DNA of 64,000 bases from Dehalococcoidia bacterium (GCA_963667465.2 CAXXDN010000001.1:608001-672000), one strand, 5' to 3'; shown: positions 38,072 through 47,216, counted from the first letter of the stretch. Translations and numbers: made by a program. The notes: generated by a model not told the origin, from the sequence alone.

Positions 38072-39229
38072 ATGACCGGGGAGCGCGGCAACACCACGGC
38101 GCCGAAGCCACCCGGCGCCTCGCCGATCGTCAGTGTCCGCTGGCGCCCCTTCCGCCTTCCGCTGCACGCGCCGATCGCGACCGCCGGGGGCACGATCGAG
38201 CAGCGCGAGGGCGTCCTCGTCGAGCTGCGTGACGCCGACGACCGCCGCAGCTTCGGCGAGGCCTCGCCGCTACCCGGGGACGGGCACGGCGGGGCGCCCG
38301 ACGTGCTGCGGCTGCTGGGCGAGTGGGCCCCAGGCCTGCTCGCCGGCGAGGGCTTGCCCGCGGGGCTGCATGCGCCCGCGGCTGCTGCGCTGCTCTGCGC
38401 CCTGGACGACGCGCGCCTCGACCTCGATGGGCGGCGGAGGGGCCTCCGAGTTGCCTCGATCATCGGCGGAGGGGCAGTCCGCGAGGTCCGCGTGAACGCC
38501 GTGATCGGGAACGGTCCGCCGGAGTGGGTGGGGGAGCAGGCCGCGGCCGCCGTCGCCGCGGGCTACGGCACGCTCAAGCTCAAGGTCGCCGCCGGGTCAC
38601 TTGCCGAGGATCGCCGGCGTGTGCAGGCCGCGCGCGAGGCCGCGCCGGACGTGCGCCTGCGCCTGGACGCGAACGGAGGCTGGGACACGGCCACCGCTCG
38701 CGAGGCGATAGCCAGCCTCGCGCACTACAAACTCGAGTATGTCGAGCAGCCGGTGCCCGCGCGCGATCTGGAGGGCCTGGCTCGCCTGCGCGCCGAAGGA
38801 ACCTGCCTCATCGCCGCGGACGAGTCGGTCGCCGATGCAGCGGAAGCGGAGCGCGTCCTCGATAGCGACGCCGCCGACGTGCTGGTGCTCAAGCCGATGC
38901 GCCTCGGCGGGATCCGCCGCGCCCTCAATCTCGCCCGCGATGCGTCCCGGGAGGGCGTCTCCTGCGTCGTCACCACCAGCTTCGACTCCAGCCTCGGGGT
39001 GGCCGGCGCGCTGCACCTTGCCGCGGCCCTCGATGCGTTCGCCGCCCGGGGCGGATTCGCGCACGGGCTCAGTACGGCTGAGCATCTCGCAGCGGACCTC
39101 GTCGCGCGACCGCTCGTCCCCGCCAGGGGCGTGCTGCGCGTGCCCTCGACTGTCGGCCTCGGCATCGAGCCGGACGAGGCCGCCCTCGAGGCAGCCGCGA
39201 CGGGCGACTGGGTCGAGGTGCGCGGCTGA
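38072..39229 (+). CDS. menC: o-succinylbenzoate synthase
   Basis: GEASPLPG, KLKV, LDANG, EQP, AADES, LKP; in men cluster. Confidence 0.88.
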   Translation: MTGERGNTTAPKPPGASPIVSVRWRPFRLPLHAPIATAGGTIEQREGVLVELRDADDRRSFGEASPLPGDGHGGAPDVLRLLGEWAPGLLAGEGLPAGLHAPAAAALLCALDDARLDLDGRRRGLRVASIIGGGAVREVRVNAVIGNGPPEWVGEQAAAAVAAGYGTLKLKVAAGSLAEDRRRVQAAREAAPDVRLRLDANGGWDTATAREAIASLAHYKLEYVEQPVPARDLEGLARLRAEGTCLIAADESVADAAEAERVLDSDAADVLVLKPMRLGGIRRALNLARDASREGVSCVVTTSFDSSLGVAGALHLAAALDAFAARGGFAHGLSTAEHLAADLVARPLVPARGVLRVPSTVGLGIEPDEAALEAAATGDWVEVRG

Positions 39230-39321
39230 GGGCGGCGCACGTTGACGCCTTCGCGGCCACACTCAAGAATGGCCGGGCTGCCCGGAGGCCGGGCAGCGGG
39301 CTTCCCGGGGACGGCAGGCGA

Positions 39322-39753
39322 ATGAGCGACGAACCCCTCTTCGAGTACGACGAGAGCGTGATCGGCGTCGAGCGCAACGTGGGCACCCTCGAGGTGACCG
39401 CGGAGCGGCTGGAACGCTACTGCGCGGTCGTCGGCGAGACCAACCCGCGCTACGTGGAGGAGCAGCAGGCGCCGCCGAGCTTCCTGCAGCGCATGCGCTT
39501 CGCTCCCGGGCCGGACCCGCGCGTGCGCTTCGGTAACGTCACCTTCCACGCCGGCTCACGCCTGGAGCAGCTCGCGCCGGTGCGCGTCGGCGACGTGCTC
39601 ACCGGCTACGCGCAGGCGAAAGAGGTCTACGCCAAGACCGGCCGCAGCGGCACGATGGTGTTCGCCGTGCGCCGCCTCACCTACCGTAACCAGCGTGGCG
39701 AGGACGTCGCCTACTCCGACCAGACCACGGTCCATCGGCAGGTCGGCGAATGA
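39322..39753 (+). CDS. MaoC-like N-terminal (FAS1-type) hot-dog protein
   Basis: VGETNPRY, APP.F, PVRVGD, KTGRSG.MVF, YRNQRGE. Confidence 0.8.
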   Translation: MSDEPLFEYDESVIGVERNVGTLEVTAERLERYCAVVGETNPRYVEEQQAPPSFLQRMRFAPGPDPRVRFGNVTFHAGSRLEQLAPVRVGDVLTGYAQAKEVYAKTGRSGTMVFAVRRLTYRNQRGEDVAYSDQTTVHRQVGE

Positions 39754-40196
39754 GCCAGCCATACTTCGAAGACATCGACGTCGGCGACGAGATCGAGAGT
39801 GCCTGGACCGCGCAGCGCGAGCAGGTCCTCGAGTACATCGAGCTTGAGCCGGGCGGCCCGGCCGACGACACGCAGGGTCGCTTCACCGATCCGGTGCGGG
39901 CGAAGAAGCTCGGCTTCGAGCGCCCGATCGTGCCCGGCGCGCTGAGCATGTCCGTGCTGACCCGGCTGGTGACCGACTGGATGGGCCCCAACGGCGCCCT
40001 CGAGTCGATCGACATCAACTTCCGCCGCCCGGTGCTGCACGAGGACGAGCTGCGCTCGCTGGGCCTTATCATCGACACCGAGCCGGCCGAGGACGGTGGC
40101 CGCGTACGCATCGACGTCTACTTTGAGAACAACCGCGGCGAGCGCCCGTTGCAGGGCGTCGCCGTCGTCAGGCTGCCCTCGCGAGCGGGCTCCTAG
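39750..40196 (+). CDS. MaoC-like hot-dog protein
   Basis: YFEDIDVGDE, AKKLGF..PIVPG, FRRPV, GVAVVRLP. Confidence 0.78.
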   Translation: MSQPYFEDIDVGDEIESAWTAQREQVLEYIELEPGGPADDTQGRFTDPVRAKKLGFERPIVPGALSMSVLTRLVTDWMGPNGALESIDINFRRPVLHEDELRSLGLIIDTEPAEDGGRVRIDVYFENNRGERPLQGVAVVRLPSRAGS

Positions 40197-40224
40197 GCGA
40201 GCGGCCGGCGGGAGCGAGGGCCGC

Positions 40225-40650
40225 GTGGACCTGCTGACCGACCCGTTCGGCGACTGTGGGGCGGCCATGGTGCCGCTGCGACTGGCCGCCGGTGTGGTCT
40301 TCGTGCACGCGGGGTACGGCAAGTTCCAGCGTGGCATCGGTGGGTTCGGCTCGTGGCTGAGCGAGCTCGGCTATCCGCTGGGACAGCCCACGGCGCGGCT
40401 GGTCGCGAGCCTCGAGGTCCTCGGTGGCCTCGCGCTGATTCTCGGGCTGTTCGCGCACTGGGTCGCCATCCCGCTGGCGCTGATGATGGTGGTGGCGGCG
40501 TACACGAACGCGGTGAAGCTGCGCCTGCCGTTCGCGGGCAACGAGAACGCGCAGGGCTGGGAGCTCGACCTCCTGCTGGTCGCCCTCCTCGTCGCGCTCA
40601 TCCTCGGCGGCTCGGGCCCGCTCTCCCTGGACGCGCTGATCTCCGGGTAG
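40225..40650 (+). CDS. DoxX family membrane protein
   Basis: LRL..G..F.HAG.GK, LEVLGG, GWE, GSGPLSLD. Confidence 0.88.
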   Translation: MDLLTDPFGDCGAAMVPLRLAAGVVFVHAGYGKFQRGIGGFGSWLSELGYPLGQPTARLVASLEVLGGLALILGLFAHWVAIPLALMMVVAAYTNAVKLRLPFAGNENAQGWELDLLLVALLVALILGGSGPLSLDALISG

Positions 40651-40694
40651 GGCGATAGCGCGGTCTCGAATCGGTTGCCAGTGCCGTCCGGCGG

Positions 40695-40723
40695 TTGACG
40701 TGTGTTAAGTCAGGACTTAACTT
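40695..40723 (+). promoter_or_regulatory. Promoter with palindromic operator for the TAC locus
   Basis: TTGACG-N17-TAACTT overlapped by perfect inverted repeat GTTAAGTC-AG-GACTTAAC (40704-40721). Confidence 0.7.
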
Positions 40724-41096
40724 GCCTCTGAGAGCAATCTGCTCTGGCTCGGCATACGCGGTGCTCGCGCACGTACGGGACAATGGCAGTTGTCAAGTCG
40801 AGGAGTACCTCGATGGGCTCTCAATACGAGACCGGAAGCGAATCACGACCCTGCTGGAGCGGGCCGCGGAACAAGGGCCGCCGAGGAACAAGGAGAAGTC
40901 CGCGTCAATCGAGGACTTCTTCGAGTTCAAGGCTTACCAGGTGCGGATCTTCTATGACTACCTGCCCGAGAAGCGGATCGTCCTCTTCTACGGGTTCACC
41001 AAGAAGAGGAGCAAGACTCCAAACAACGTGATAGAGACTGGCAGAAGGCTCTGTCAGGAGGTACGCAACGAGGATCGTCGAAAGGAGTGGCGATGA
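40722..41096 (+). CDS. RelE/HigB (Gp49-like) toxin of a TAC system
   Basis: VEEYLDGL, FFEFKAYQVRIFY, IVLFYGFTKKRSKTP; start uncertain (40695-40728). Confidence 0.85.
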   Translation: MPLRAICSGSAYAVLAHVRDNGSCQVEEYLDGLSIRDRKRITTLLERAAEQGPPRNKEKSASIEDFFEFKAYQVRIFYDYLPEKRIVLFYGFTKKRSKTPNNVIETGRRLCQEVRNEDRRKEWR

Positions 41097-41464
41097 TCAG
41101 GCTGCAGGACTGGATCGATGAGTTCCAGGGAGATCCCGACTACGAGTTCGACAAGCTCGCCCTTGAGCTCGGCGAGCAGATCGTGGCTCGCATGGAGGAG
41201 CAGGGCATGACGCAGGCCGATCTCGCCCGGAAGATGGACATGAGCCGGGCGCGTATCAATCAGATTCTGCGCGGTAGTGACAATCTGACGTTGAAGAGCA
41301 TCGTCGCGGTGGCGATCGGCCTCGACGCCCGCGTTGATCTCGAGATCAAGCCGGTCAGGCCTGCCCAGCGTCTCTCCCGCCGCGACTGCCGACCGGTCAT
41401 CCGCGTGGGTGCGCATACTGTCGGCGAAGAGCCCCCGGCATCGGTGCTGGCCGCCGCCGCCTAG
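41093..41464 (+). CDS. XRE-HTH antitoxin with C-terminal extension (ChAD-like)
   Basis: GMTQADLARKM..SRARINQILRG..NLTL.S; about 35 aa tail ending VLAAAA; overlaps the toxin stop. Confidence 0.85.
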   Translation: MIRLQDWIDEFQGDPDYEFDKLALELGEQIVARMEEQGMTQADLARKMDMSRARINQILRGSDNLTLKSIVAVAIGLDARVDLEIKPVRPAQRLSRRDCRPVIRVGAHTVGEEPPASVLAAAA

Positions 41465-41469
41465 CAGCG

Positions 41470-41886
41470 ATGGCTTCCAAGCTCCGCCTGCGGGAGGCAG
41501 CCTCGGCCGCCCTCGATCTCCGGCGTTTCTGGATCGAACGGCTCGAGTATCAAGAGGACGAGGAGATTCCGGTCGACTTGCCGGAGACGACCGTCCGCGT
41601 CTCCCGCCCCGAACTTCTCGAATCGGACGGGGATGAGTACTTCGTCACACTGCGGGTGAGGATCGCGCAGGGCGAGGCTCGTGTGATCGACCTCACGATC
41701 GTCGGCATCTTTGGGCTTCAGCCCAGCGACGAGTATCGTGCTCGCGCGATGCGTATGCTCGAGTACAACGGGACAGCGATCCTGTTCAGCGCCGCACGCG
41801 GTGTCATTGAGTCCGTGACCGGGGTCAGCGGGTTCGGGCGGATGCATGTGCCGTCCGTCGATCTCGCCGAACTCATCGAACGCTAG
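41470..41886 (+). CDS. SecB-like chaperone
   Basis: VTLRV, LTIVGIF, NGTAILFSAARGVIESVTG.SGFG...VPSVDL matches the SecB C-terminal signature. Confidence 0.8.
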   Translation: MASKLRLREAASAALDLRRFWIERLEYQEDEEIPVDLPETTVRVSRPELLESDGDEYFVTLRVRIAQGEARVIDLTIVGIFGLQPSDEYRARAMRMLEYNGTAILFSAARGVIESVTGVSGFGRMHVPSVDLAELIER

Positions 41887-41928
41887 CAAGCCGCCACAAC
41901 CCACCTCCGGCGCGCGTACCATCGCGCC

Positions 41929-43044
41929 ATGCACCGCCTGCATCCGAGGCGCATCGAGGGCTGGAGCGTGCGGCGGCGGGTCAGGGTCGTCGTGTGGCTG
42001 CTCATGCTGCTGACGGTCGTTGCCGCGGCGCCCACGGCGCACTCCTGCCTGCGCGCCACCGCCTTCACTGCCGACGTCGTGCTGCAACTGCCCGTGCGGC
42101 CCCTCGCCTGGAGCACGCACGCTCCATCCGTCGAGGACATCGAGTGGAGTGGCGAGGTCGGGGGCCGCGGACAGCTGACGCTGCCGGAGGGCGACAACGA
42201 GCGGCCCGCGATCATCCTTGTCCTCGGCGCCGACCCCGCCCCGTCTGACGACGACCGCGTGCTGAGCCTCACCGGAGGCCTCGCCCGCATCGGCTTCGTC
42301 GTGCTGCTCACCGAGTCCGACGACCTCAACGCCGCCGTGGTGCTGCCGAGCGAGATCCCGAGGCTCGTTGGCGCATTCGAGGCGCTCGAGCAGCATCCGC
42401 GCGTGAACAAGGAGCAGATCGGCTACGTCGCGCTCTCAGCCGGTGGCTCGCTCGCGATCGTCGCGGCCGCGCAGCCCGAGATCGCCGACCGCGTCTGGTA
42501 CGTGGTCGCGCTCGGCCCGTACTACGACGCCGAGACGCTCGCCGCTGCCGTTACCTCCTACCGCTTCCGCGGCCCCGAGGGCATCGAGGAGTGGGAGCCC
42601 GCGGGCATCGCGCGGCGCGTCGTGCGCAACACGCTGCTCGCCGGGCTGCCCGAGGCCGAGCGCGCCGCGATCGAGGCGGGCGAGGCGGCCCAGACCGCGG
42701 GCGGGGCGGCGGTGGCCGAGCTGCTGCAGCTCCCGACCCTCGATCGCGCGGAGGAGCTGATCGCCTCGCTGCCGGCGGCGCAGCGCGCGCACCTCGAGGC
42801 GGTGAGCCCGCGCTACAGCAGCGGCGGGCTGCGCGCCCCGCTCTATCTGCTGCACGACCGCAGCGACGAGTTCATTCCCTGGACGGAGTCCGAGGCGCTG
42901 GCCGAGGCGTACGAGCCGGACAGCTACCACCGGCTCGACCTCTTCCAGCATGTCGAGCCCGACCCCGGCAACGTCGAGCACATGCTGCGCGACGGCTGGC
43001 GCATCCTGCGCCTGATCGTGGGCATTCTCGAGGGCGCGCGCTGA
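41929..43044 (+). CDS. Membrane-anchored alpha/beta-hydrolase-fold protein
   Basis: N-terminal TM, IGYVALSAGG nucleophile elbow, LLHDRSD, FQH; start uncertain. Confidence 0.6.
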   Translation: MHRLHPRRIEGWSVRRRVRVVVWLLMLLTVVAAAPTAHSCLRATAFTADVVLQLPVRPLAWSTHAPSVEDIEWSGEVGGRGQLTLPEGDNERPAIILVLGADPAPSDDDRVLSLTGGLARIGFVVLLTESDDLNAAVVLPSEIPRLVGAFEALEQHPRVNKEQIGYVALSAGGSLAIVAAAQPEIADRVWYVVALGPYYDAETLAAAVTSYRFRGPEGIEEWEPAGIARRVVRNTLLAGLPEAERAAIEAGEAAQTAGGAAVAELLQLPTLDRAEELIASLPAAQRAHLEAVSPRYSSGGLRAPLYLLHDRSDEFIPWTESEALAEAYEPDSYHRLDLFQHVEPDPGNVEHMLRDGWRILRLIVGILEGAR

Positions 43045-43082
43045 GGCGCGCCGCGCGCCTGACGGGCTGGTAGGGTCCGGGC

Positions 43083-43391
43083 ATGGACGAGGCGCCGGTG
43101 CTGCTGCTCACCTCCTGGCATCTGCCGCGGATGCGATCGATGCCGCGCGCCTTCTGGAGGGTGCGCGCCCTCGACCGGCGCACGCGCTCGCAGCAGGGCT
43201 GCCTGCGCGTGCACCGCTGGGCCTCGCGCCGTTCGCTGCTGCTCACCACCTGGTGGCGCAGCCGCGCCGCCGCCGAGACCTGGCTCGCCTCGCCGTCGTT
43301 CCGCGAGGCCGACGATCGGCTGCGGGCAATCCCCGGCGCCGAGACGCGCGTCGATCTGCGCGAGTGTCCCGAGGGATCGCTGAGCGCGTAG
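43083..43391 (+). CDS. Small ABM/DUF3291-like protein
   Basis: 102 aa; GCL, TTWWRSRAAAETW pattern of dimeric alpha-beta barrel proteins. Confidence 0.5.
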   Translation: MDEAPVLLLTSWHLPRMRSMPRAFWRVRALDRRTRSQQGCLRVHRWASRRSLLLTTWWRSRAAAETWLASPSFREADDRLRAIPGAETRVDLRECPEGSLSA

Positions 43392-43403
43392 CGCTCGCCG
43401 GAG

Positions 43404-44774
43404 CTACTCGGCCCGGAGTTCGTCGCGCAGCGCCTGCGCCTCGGCCTGCAACGTCGCGCTCACCGTGACCGGGTAGGGCTCAGCCGGCTCTTCGAGCCCG
43501 CGCAGCGCGGCGGGCAGCCGCTCACGCTCCCGATCAGCCCGCTCCCGTGCCTCCCCGATCGTTCGCATCCCCGCCTCGAGGCGCGCGCCGCCGCGCATCA
43601 CTTGCTCCAGCAGCGGCTCCCCGTTGAGCCGCTCGTCCGCGCGCGCGATCACGTCGCTGCTCGCGATGCCCGCGGAATCGCGCAGGCGGAAGACCTGCTT
43701 ACGCCCGGGCAGCGTCTCCTTCTTGGTGGAGAGCTTGATGCGCCCCCGGCCGTCGTAGGCGGCCAGCTTGTAGACGGCGTCGAACGTGGGCGCGTCGGCC
43801 GAGGACACGGCGCGCGTCCCGACGCCGAACGCGTCGATCGGCGCGCCCGCCGCGACGAGCTCGGCGATCCGCAGCTCGTCGAGGCCTCCACTGCCGACGA
43901 TCTCCACCTGTTCCAGCCCGGCTGCATCGAGGATCGCGCGCGCCTCGAACGCGAGCTCGGCGAGCGGCTCCGAGTCCAGCCGCACGGCGCGCACGCGGAA
44001 GGCATCGCCCAGCTCGGCGGCCAGCAGCGCCACGCGGCGCATACCCTCGGCGGTGTCGTAGGTGTCGACGAGCAGGACGGTGTCGGGGTGGGTCGCGACG
44101 AAGCTGCGGAACGCCTCGGCTTCGTCGTCGTGGGCCTGCACGTAGCTGTGCGCCATCGTGCCGGCCGGCGGGATGCCGTAGCGGTCGGCGGCGAGCACGT
44201 TCGAGGTCGCCGCCATGCCCGCGAGGTAAAGCGCTCGCGCCGCCTTCAGCGCCGCGTCCGTGCCGTGCGCGCGCCGCGTCCCGAAGTCCACCACCGGCCG
44301 CCCCGCCGCTGCCTCGACGATGCGCGCGCCCTTCGAGGCGATCAGTGTCTGCAGGTGCAACTGGTTGAGCAGGTAGGTCTCGGCCAGCTGCGCCTCCGGC
44401 AGCGGCGCCTCGACGGCGAGCAGCGGCTCGCCGCCGAAGGCGGGCGTTCCCTCGGGCATCGCGTACACGTCGCCCGTGAAGCGCAGCCCGGCAAGCCAGT
44501 CGAGGAAGCCCGCGGGGAAGCGTCCGTCGCGCTCCAGCGCGGCAAGCGCCTGCTCGCCGAAGCGCAGGCCCTCGAGGTAGGCGAGCGCGTCGTCGAGGCC
44601 GCAGGCGAGCAGGTAGTTGCGATTCGCGGGCAGCGAGCGCGCGTACAGCTCGAACGTGGCGCGGGCGGTCAGGCCGTGCTCGGCGTAGGCCTGCAGCATC
44701 GTGAGCTGGTAGAGGTCCGTGAACAGCGCGCGGCCCGGCTCGTCGAGTCCGCCGCCGAGTGGCTCGGAAGTCAC
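43404..44774 (-). CDS. pncB: Nicotinate phosphoribosyltransferase
   Basis: LFTDLYQLTM, DFGTRRAHG, TSN, GTMAHS, LVDTYD, VRLDS, FGVGT, VYKL. Confidence 0.95.
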   Translation of the reverse strand: MTSEPLGGGLDEPGRALFTDLYQLTMLQAYAEHGLTARATFELYARSLPANRNYLLACGLDDALAYLEGLRFGEQALAALERDGRFPAGFLDWLAGLRFTGDVYAMPEGTPAFGGEPLLAVEAPLPEAQLAETYLLNQLHLQTLIASKGARIVEAAAGRPVVDFGTRRAHGTDAALKAARALYLAGMAATSNVLAADRYGIPPAGTMAHSYVQAHDDEAEAFRSFVATHPDTVLLVDTYDTAEGMRRVALLAAELGDAFRVRAVRLDSEPLAELAFEARAILDAAGLEQVEIVGSGGLDELRIAELVAAGAPIDAFGVGTRAVSSADAPTFDAVYKLAAYDGRGRIKLSTKKETLPGRKQVFRLRDSAGIASSDVIARADERLNGEPLLEQVMRGGARLEAGMRTIGEARERADRERERLPAALRGLEEPAEPYPVTVSATLQAEAQALRDELRAE

Positions 44775-44781
44775 GTCTCGC

Positions 44782-45372
44782 TCACTCGATCGTCGCGCCC
44801 GCTTCGCGGATCGCCGCGAGCGCGCGCTCGCCGTCGCCGGGTTCGAGGTCCACGGCGCTGATCGCCCCGGCGATCACGATCGTCGCGAAGCCGAGCCGGC
44901 AGGCGTCGAGCGCCGTCTCCTTGACGCAGTAGTCCGTCGCCAGCCCCGTGATCACAACGCGCTCGACGCCGCGATCGCGCAGCAGCGCCTCCAGTTCCGT
45001 CGCTTCGTGCTCCCCGCTCTGCGGGTCGCGCTGGCTGAAGGCGGAGTAGCCGTCGCTGCCGTCGGCGCCCTTGCGCACGCGCGGTGCGCCCTCGACGGCC
45101 GCGAGGTCGGCGTGCAGCTCGGCGCCCCAGCTGCCGGCGACGCCGTGCACGGGCCAGCTGCCGCCGTCCTGCGCGAAGTGCGGGGTGTGCTCCGGGTGCC
45201 AGTCCTGCGAGTAGGCGACGAGCGCGCCGCCCGCGAGGGCGCGAGCGATCTCCTTGTTGCTGCGCGCGATCGCGCCGGCCGCGCCGGCCACGTAGAGGCT
45301 GCCGTCAGGGTGGGCGAAGTCGTTCTGCACGTCGACCACCACCAGCGCGGTCTGCGCGTCGTAGTCCACCAT
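44782..45372 (-). CDS. pncA: Nicotinamidase/pyrazinamidase
   Basis: VVDVQNDF..PDGSL, QDWH, WPVH, KG...GYSAF, GLATDYCV. Confidence 0.93.
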   Translation of the reverse strand: MVDYDAQTALVVVDVQNDFAHPDGSLYVAGAAGAIARSNKEIARALAGGALVAYSQDWHPEHTPHFAQDGGSWPVHGVAGSWGAELHADLAAVEGAPRVRKGADGSDGYSAFSQRDPQSGEHEATELEALLRDRGVERVVITGLATDYCVKETALDACRLGFATIVIAGAISAVDLEPGDGERALAAIREAGATIE

Positions 45373-45505
45373 CGCGCCACCTCCCCGCCGGGCGTCCGCA
45401 GCCTCCCCTGCCGGCGCAGCATAGCGGGCCGCCGCGACGGCGCGCCGGGGCTGCGGGCGAGGGCGCGCGATGTGCTATCGTCGCTCCGCTTCGGGGGGTC
45501 CGCGC

Positions 45506-45934
45506 GTGTCGCTATCCGTCGACGACCGGCTCCTGATCCTCGATCTCGCCGCGCGCTACAACCACGCGGTGGATTCGGGCGACCACGAGGGCGTAGCGGC
45601 GCTCTTCACCGAGGACGGCGCGATCGAGGCGACCGCCACCGGCACGATCGCGGGCCGGGCCGCGATCGCCGACTACATCGGCTCGCGGCCGGACGGCTGG
45701 CAGCGCCGCCGCCACCTCAACAACAACGCGATCATCGAAGGTGTCCCGGGCGATGACGACGCCGCGAGACTGGCGATGTACGTCATGGTCTTGAGCCGCC
45801 GCGAGACCGTCCAGCCGCGCCTGCTCGGACGCTACGAGGACGAGCTGCGCCGCGCGGACGGCGAGTGGCGCTTCCTGAGGCGCCGCATCATCGCGGACGC
45901 GGACGCCGCCAGCGGACGCCGGGCGGAGGGGTAA
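45506..45934 (+). CDS. SnoaL-like/NTF2 protein, copy 1
   Basis: DDRL.I.DL.ARYNHAVD, FTEDG, RH, GRYED.L.R.DGEWRF..R. Confidence 0.85.
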   Translation: MSLSVDDRLLILDLAARYNHAVDSGDHEGVAALFTEDGAIEATATGTIAGRAAIADYIGSRPDGWQRRRHLNNNAIIEGVPGDDDAARLAMYVMVLSRRETVQPRLLGRYEDELRRADGEWRFLRRRIIADADAASGRRAEG

Positions 45935-45936
45935 CG

Positions 45937-46338
45937 ATGCCGCTGTCAGCCGAGGATCGGATGGAGATTCTCGCCCTCGTGACGCGCTACAACCACGCCG
46001 TCGATGCGGGCGACATCGACACGCGGTCCGAGACCTTCACCGAGGATGGCGTGTGGGACTCGGATACCGGCGGAGTGGTCACGAGCCGCGAGGCAATCCG
46101 CGAGCACGCCGCCACCCGCGCGCCGCAGGCCCACCTGCGCAAGCACTGGACGAACAGCCCGGTCATCGAGGGCGACGGCGATCACGCGACGATCAAGCAG
46201 TACCTCTGGCTGGTCGAGACGGTGGAGCCTCGGCGCACGCTGATGATCGGGACTTACTACGACACGCTGCGGCGCGAGCCGGGAGGCTGGCTCTTCGCCA
46301 GGCGCGAGCTGCGCGTTCACTCCCGCATCGACTACTGA
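45937..46338 (+). CDS. SnoaL-like/NTF2 protein, copy 2
   Basis: EDRMEI..L.TRYNHAVD, FTEDG, KHWTN, GTYYD.L. Confidence 0.85.
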   Translation: MPLSAEDRMEILALVTRYNHAVDAGDIDTRSETFTEDGVWDSDTGGVVTSREAIREHAATRAPQAHLRKHWTNSPVIEGDGDHATIKQYLWLVETVEPRRTLMIGTYYDTLRREPGGWLFARRELRVHSRIDY

Positions 46339-46368
46339 ACGGCACAAGGAAGCCCGGAGGAGACTCCT

Positions 46369-46752
46369 ATGCCGCTGTCCGTTGACGACCGCCTCGAGAT
46401 CCTCGAGCTGATGGCGCGCTACAACCACTGCGCCGACGGCGGCGACGGCGAGGGCTTCGCCGACACCTTCACCGAGGACGCGCTGTTCGAGGGCAGCATG
46501 AGCAGCGCGCGCGGCCGCGAGGAGCTGGTGCAGGTGATCGCCAGCGGTGGCGGCCTCTGGAAGCACTGGCTCAACAGCCCGATCATCGAGGGCGACGGCG
46601 ACCACGCGACCGCAAAGGTCTACCTCGTTCGCACCGGTCTCAACGAGGACGGGGTGGTGGGGCTGATCGCGAGCGGGACGTACCACGACACGCTCGTGCG
46701 TAGCGACGGCGAGTGGAAGTTCATGCATCGCAAGGTCCTCCCGGACCAGTAG
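46369..46752 (+). CDS. SnoaL-like/NTF2 protein, copy 3
   Basis: DDRLEILELMARYNHCAD, FTED, KHWLN, GTYHDTL...GEWKF.HRK. Confidence 0.85.
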   Translation: MPLSVDDRLEILELMARYNHCADGGDGEGFADTFTEDALFEGSMSSARGREELVQVIASGGGLWKHWLNSPIIEGDGDHATAKVYLVRTGLNEDGVVGLIASGTYHDTLVRSDGEWKFMHRKVLPDQ

Positions 46753-46810
46753 GAACGCAGGAACACAGGAACGTACGAGGCCTCGCCTCGCAGGAAGGAC
46801 GGTGGACGCC

Positions 46811-47197
46811 ATGCCCCTCTCAATTGAGGACCAGCTCGACATCATGGAGCTGATGGCCCGCTACAACCACGCGATCGACAGCAGCCAACCCGAGGCCTGG
46901 GCCGACACCTTTACCGAGGACGGCGTCTTCGAGGGCAGTGTCGGGACGGTCAGCGGACGCGAGGAGCTGCTGGCGTTCGTGCGCAACCGTGATCAAAGCA
47001 ATCCGATCCGGCACTGGAACAACAACATCCTGATCGATGGCGACGGCGACGACGCGACCGCGAAGGTCTACCTCGTGACGTTCGACGTCACCGGCCCGCC
47101 GACGGTTCGCGTGTCCGGCATGTACCACGACACGCTGAAGCGCGTGGACGGGCAATGGAAGTTCACGCACCGCAAGGTCCAGAGCGACGCCTCCTAG
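46811..47197 (+). CDS. SnoaL-like/NTF2 protein, copy 4
   Basis: EDQLDIMELMARYNHAID, FTEDG, RHWNN, GMYHDTL...GQWKF.HRK. Confidence 0.85.
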   Translation: MPLSIEDQLDIMELMARYNHAIDSSQPEAWADTFTEDGVFEGSVGTVSGREELLAFVRNRDQSNPIRHWNNNILIDGDGDDATAKVYLVTFDVTGPPTVRVSGMYHDTLKRVDGQWKFTHRKVQSDAS

Positions 47198-47216
47198 CGA
47201 GGCGGGAGGGAACCCC

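Noticed and set aside
46751-46774. AGGAAC three times with 8-bp period between SnoaL copies 3 and 4
   Set aside because: Too short to interpret; may be slippage around an RBS-like sequence
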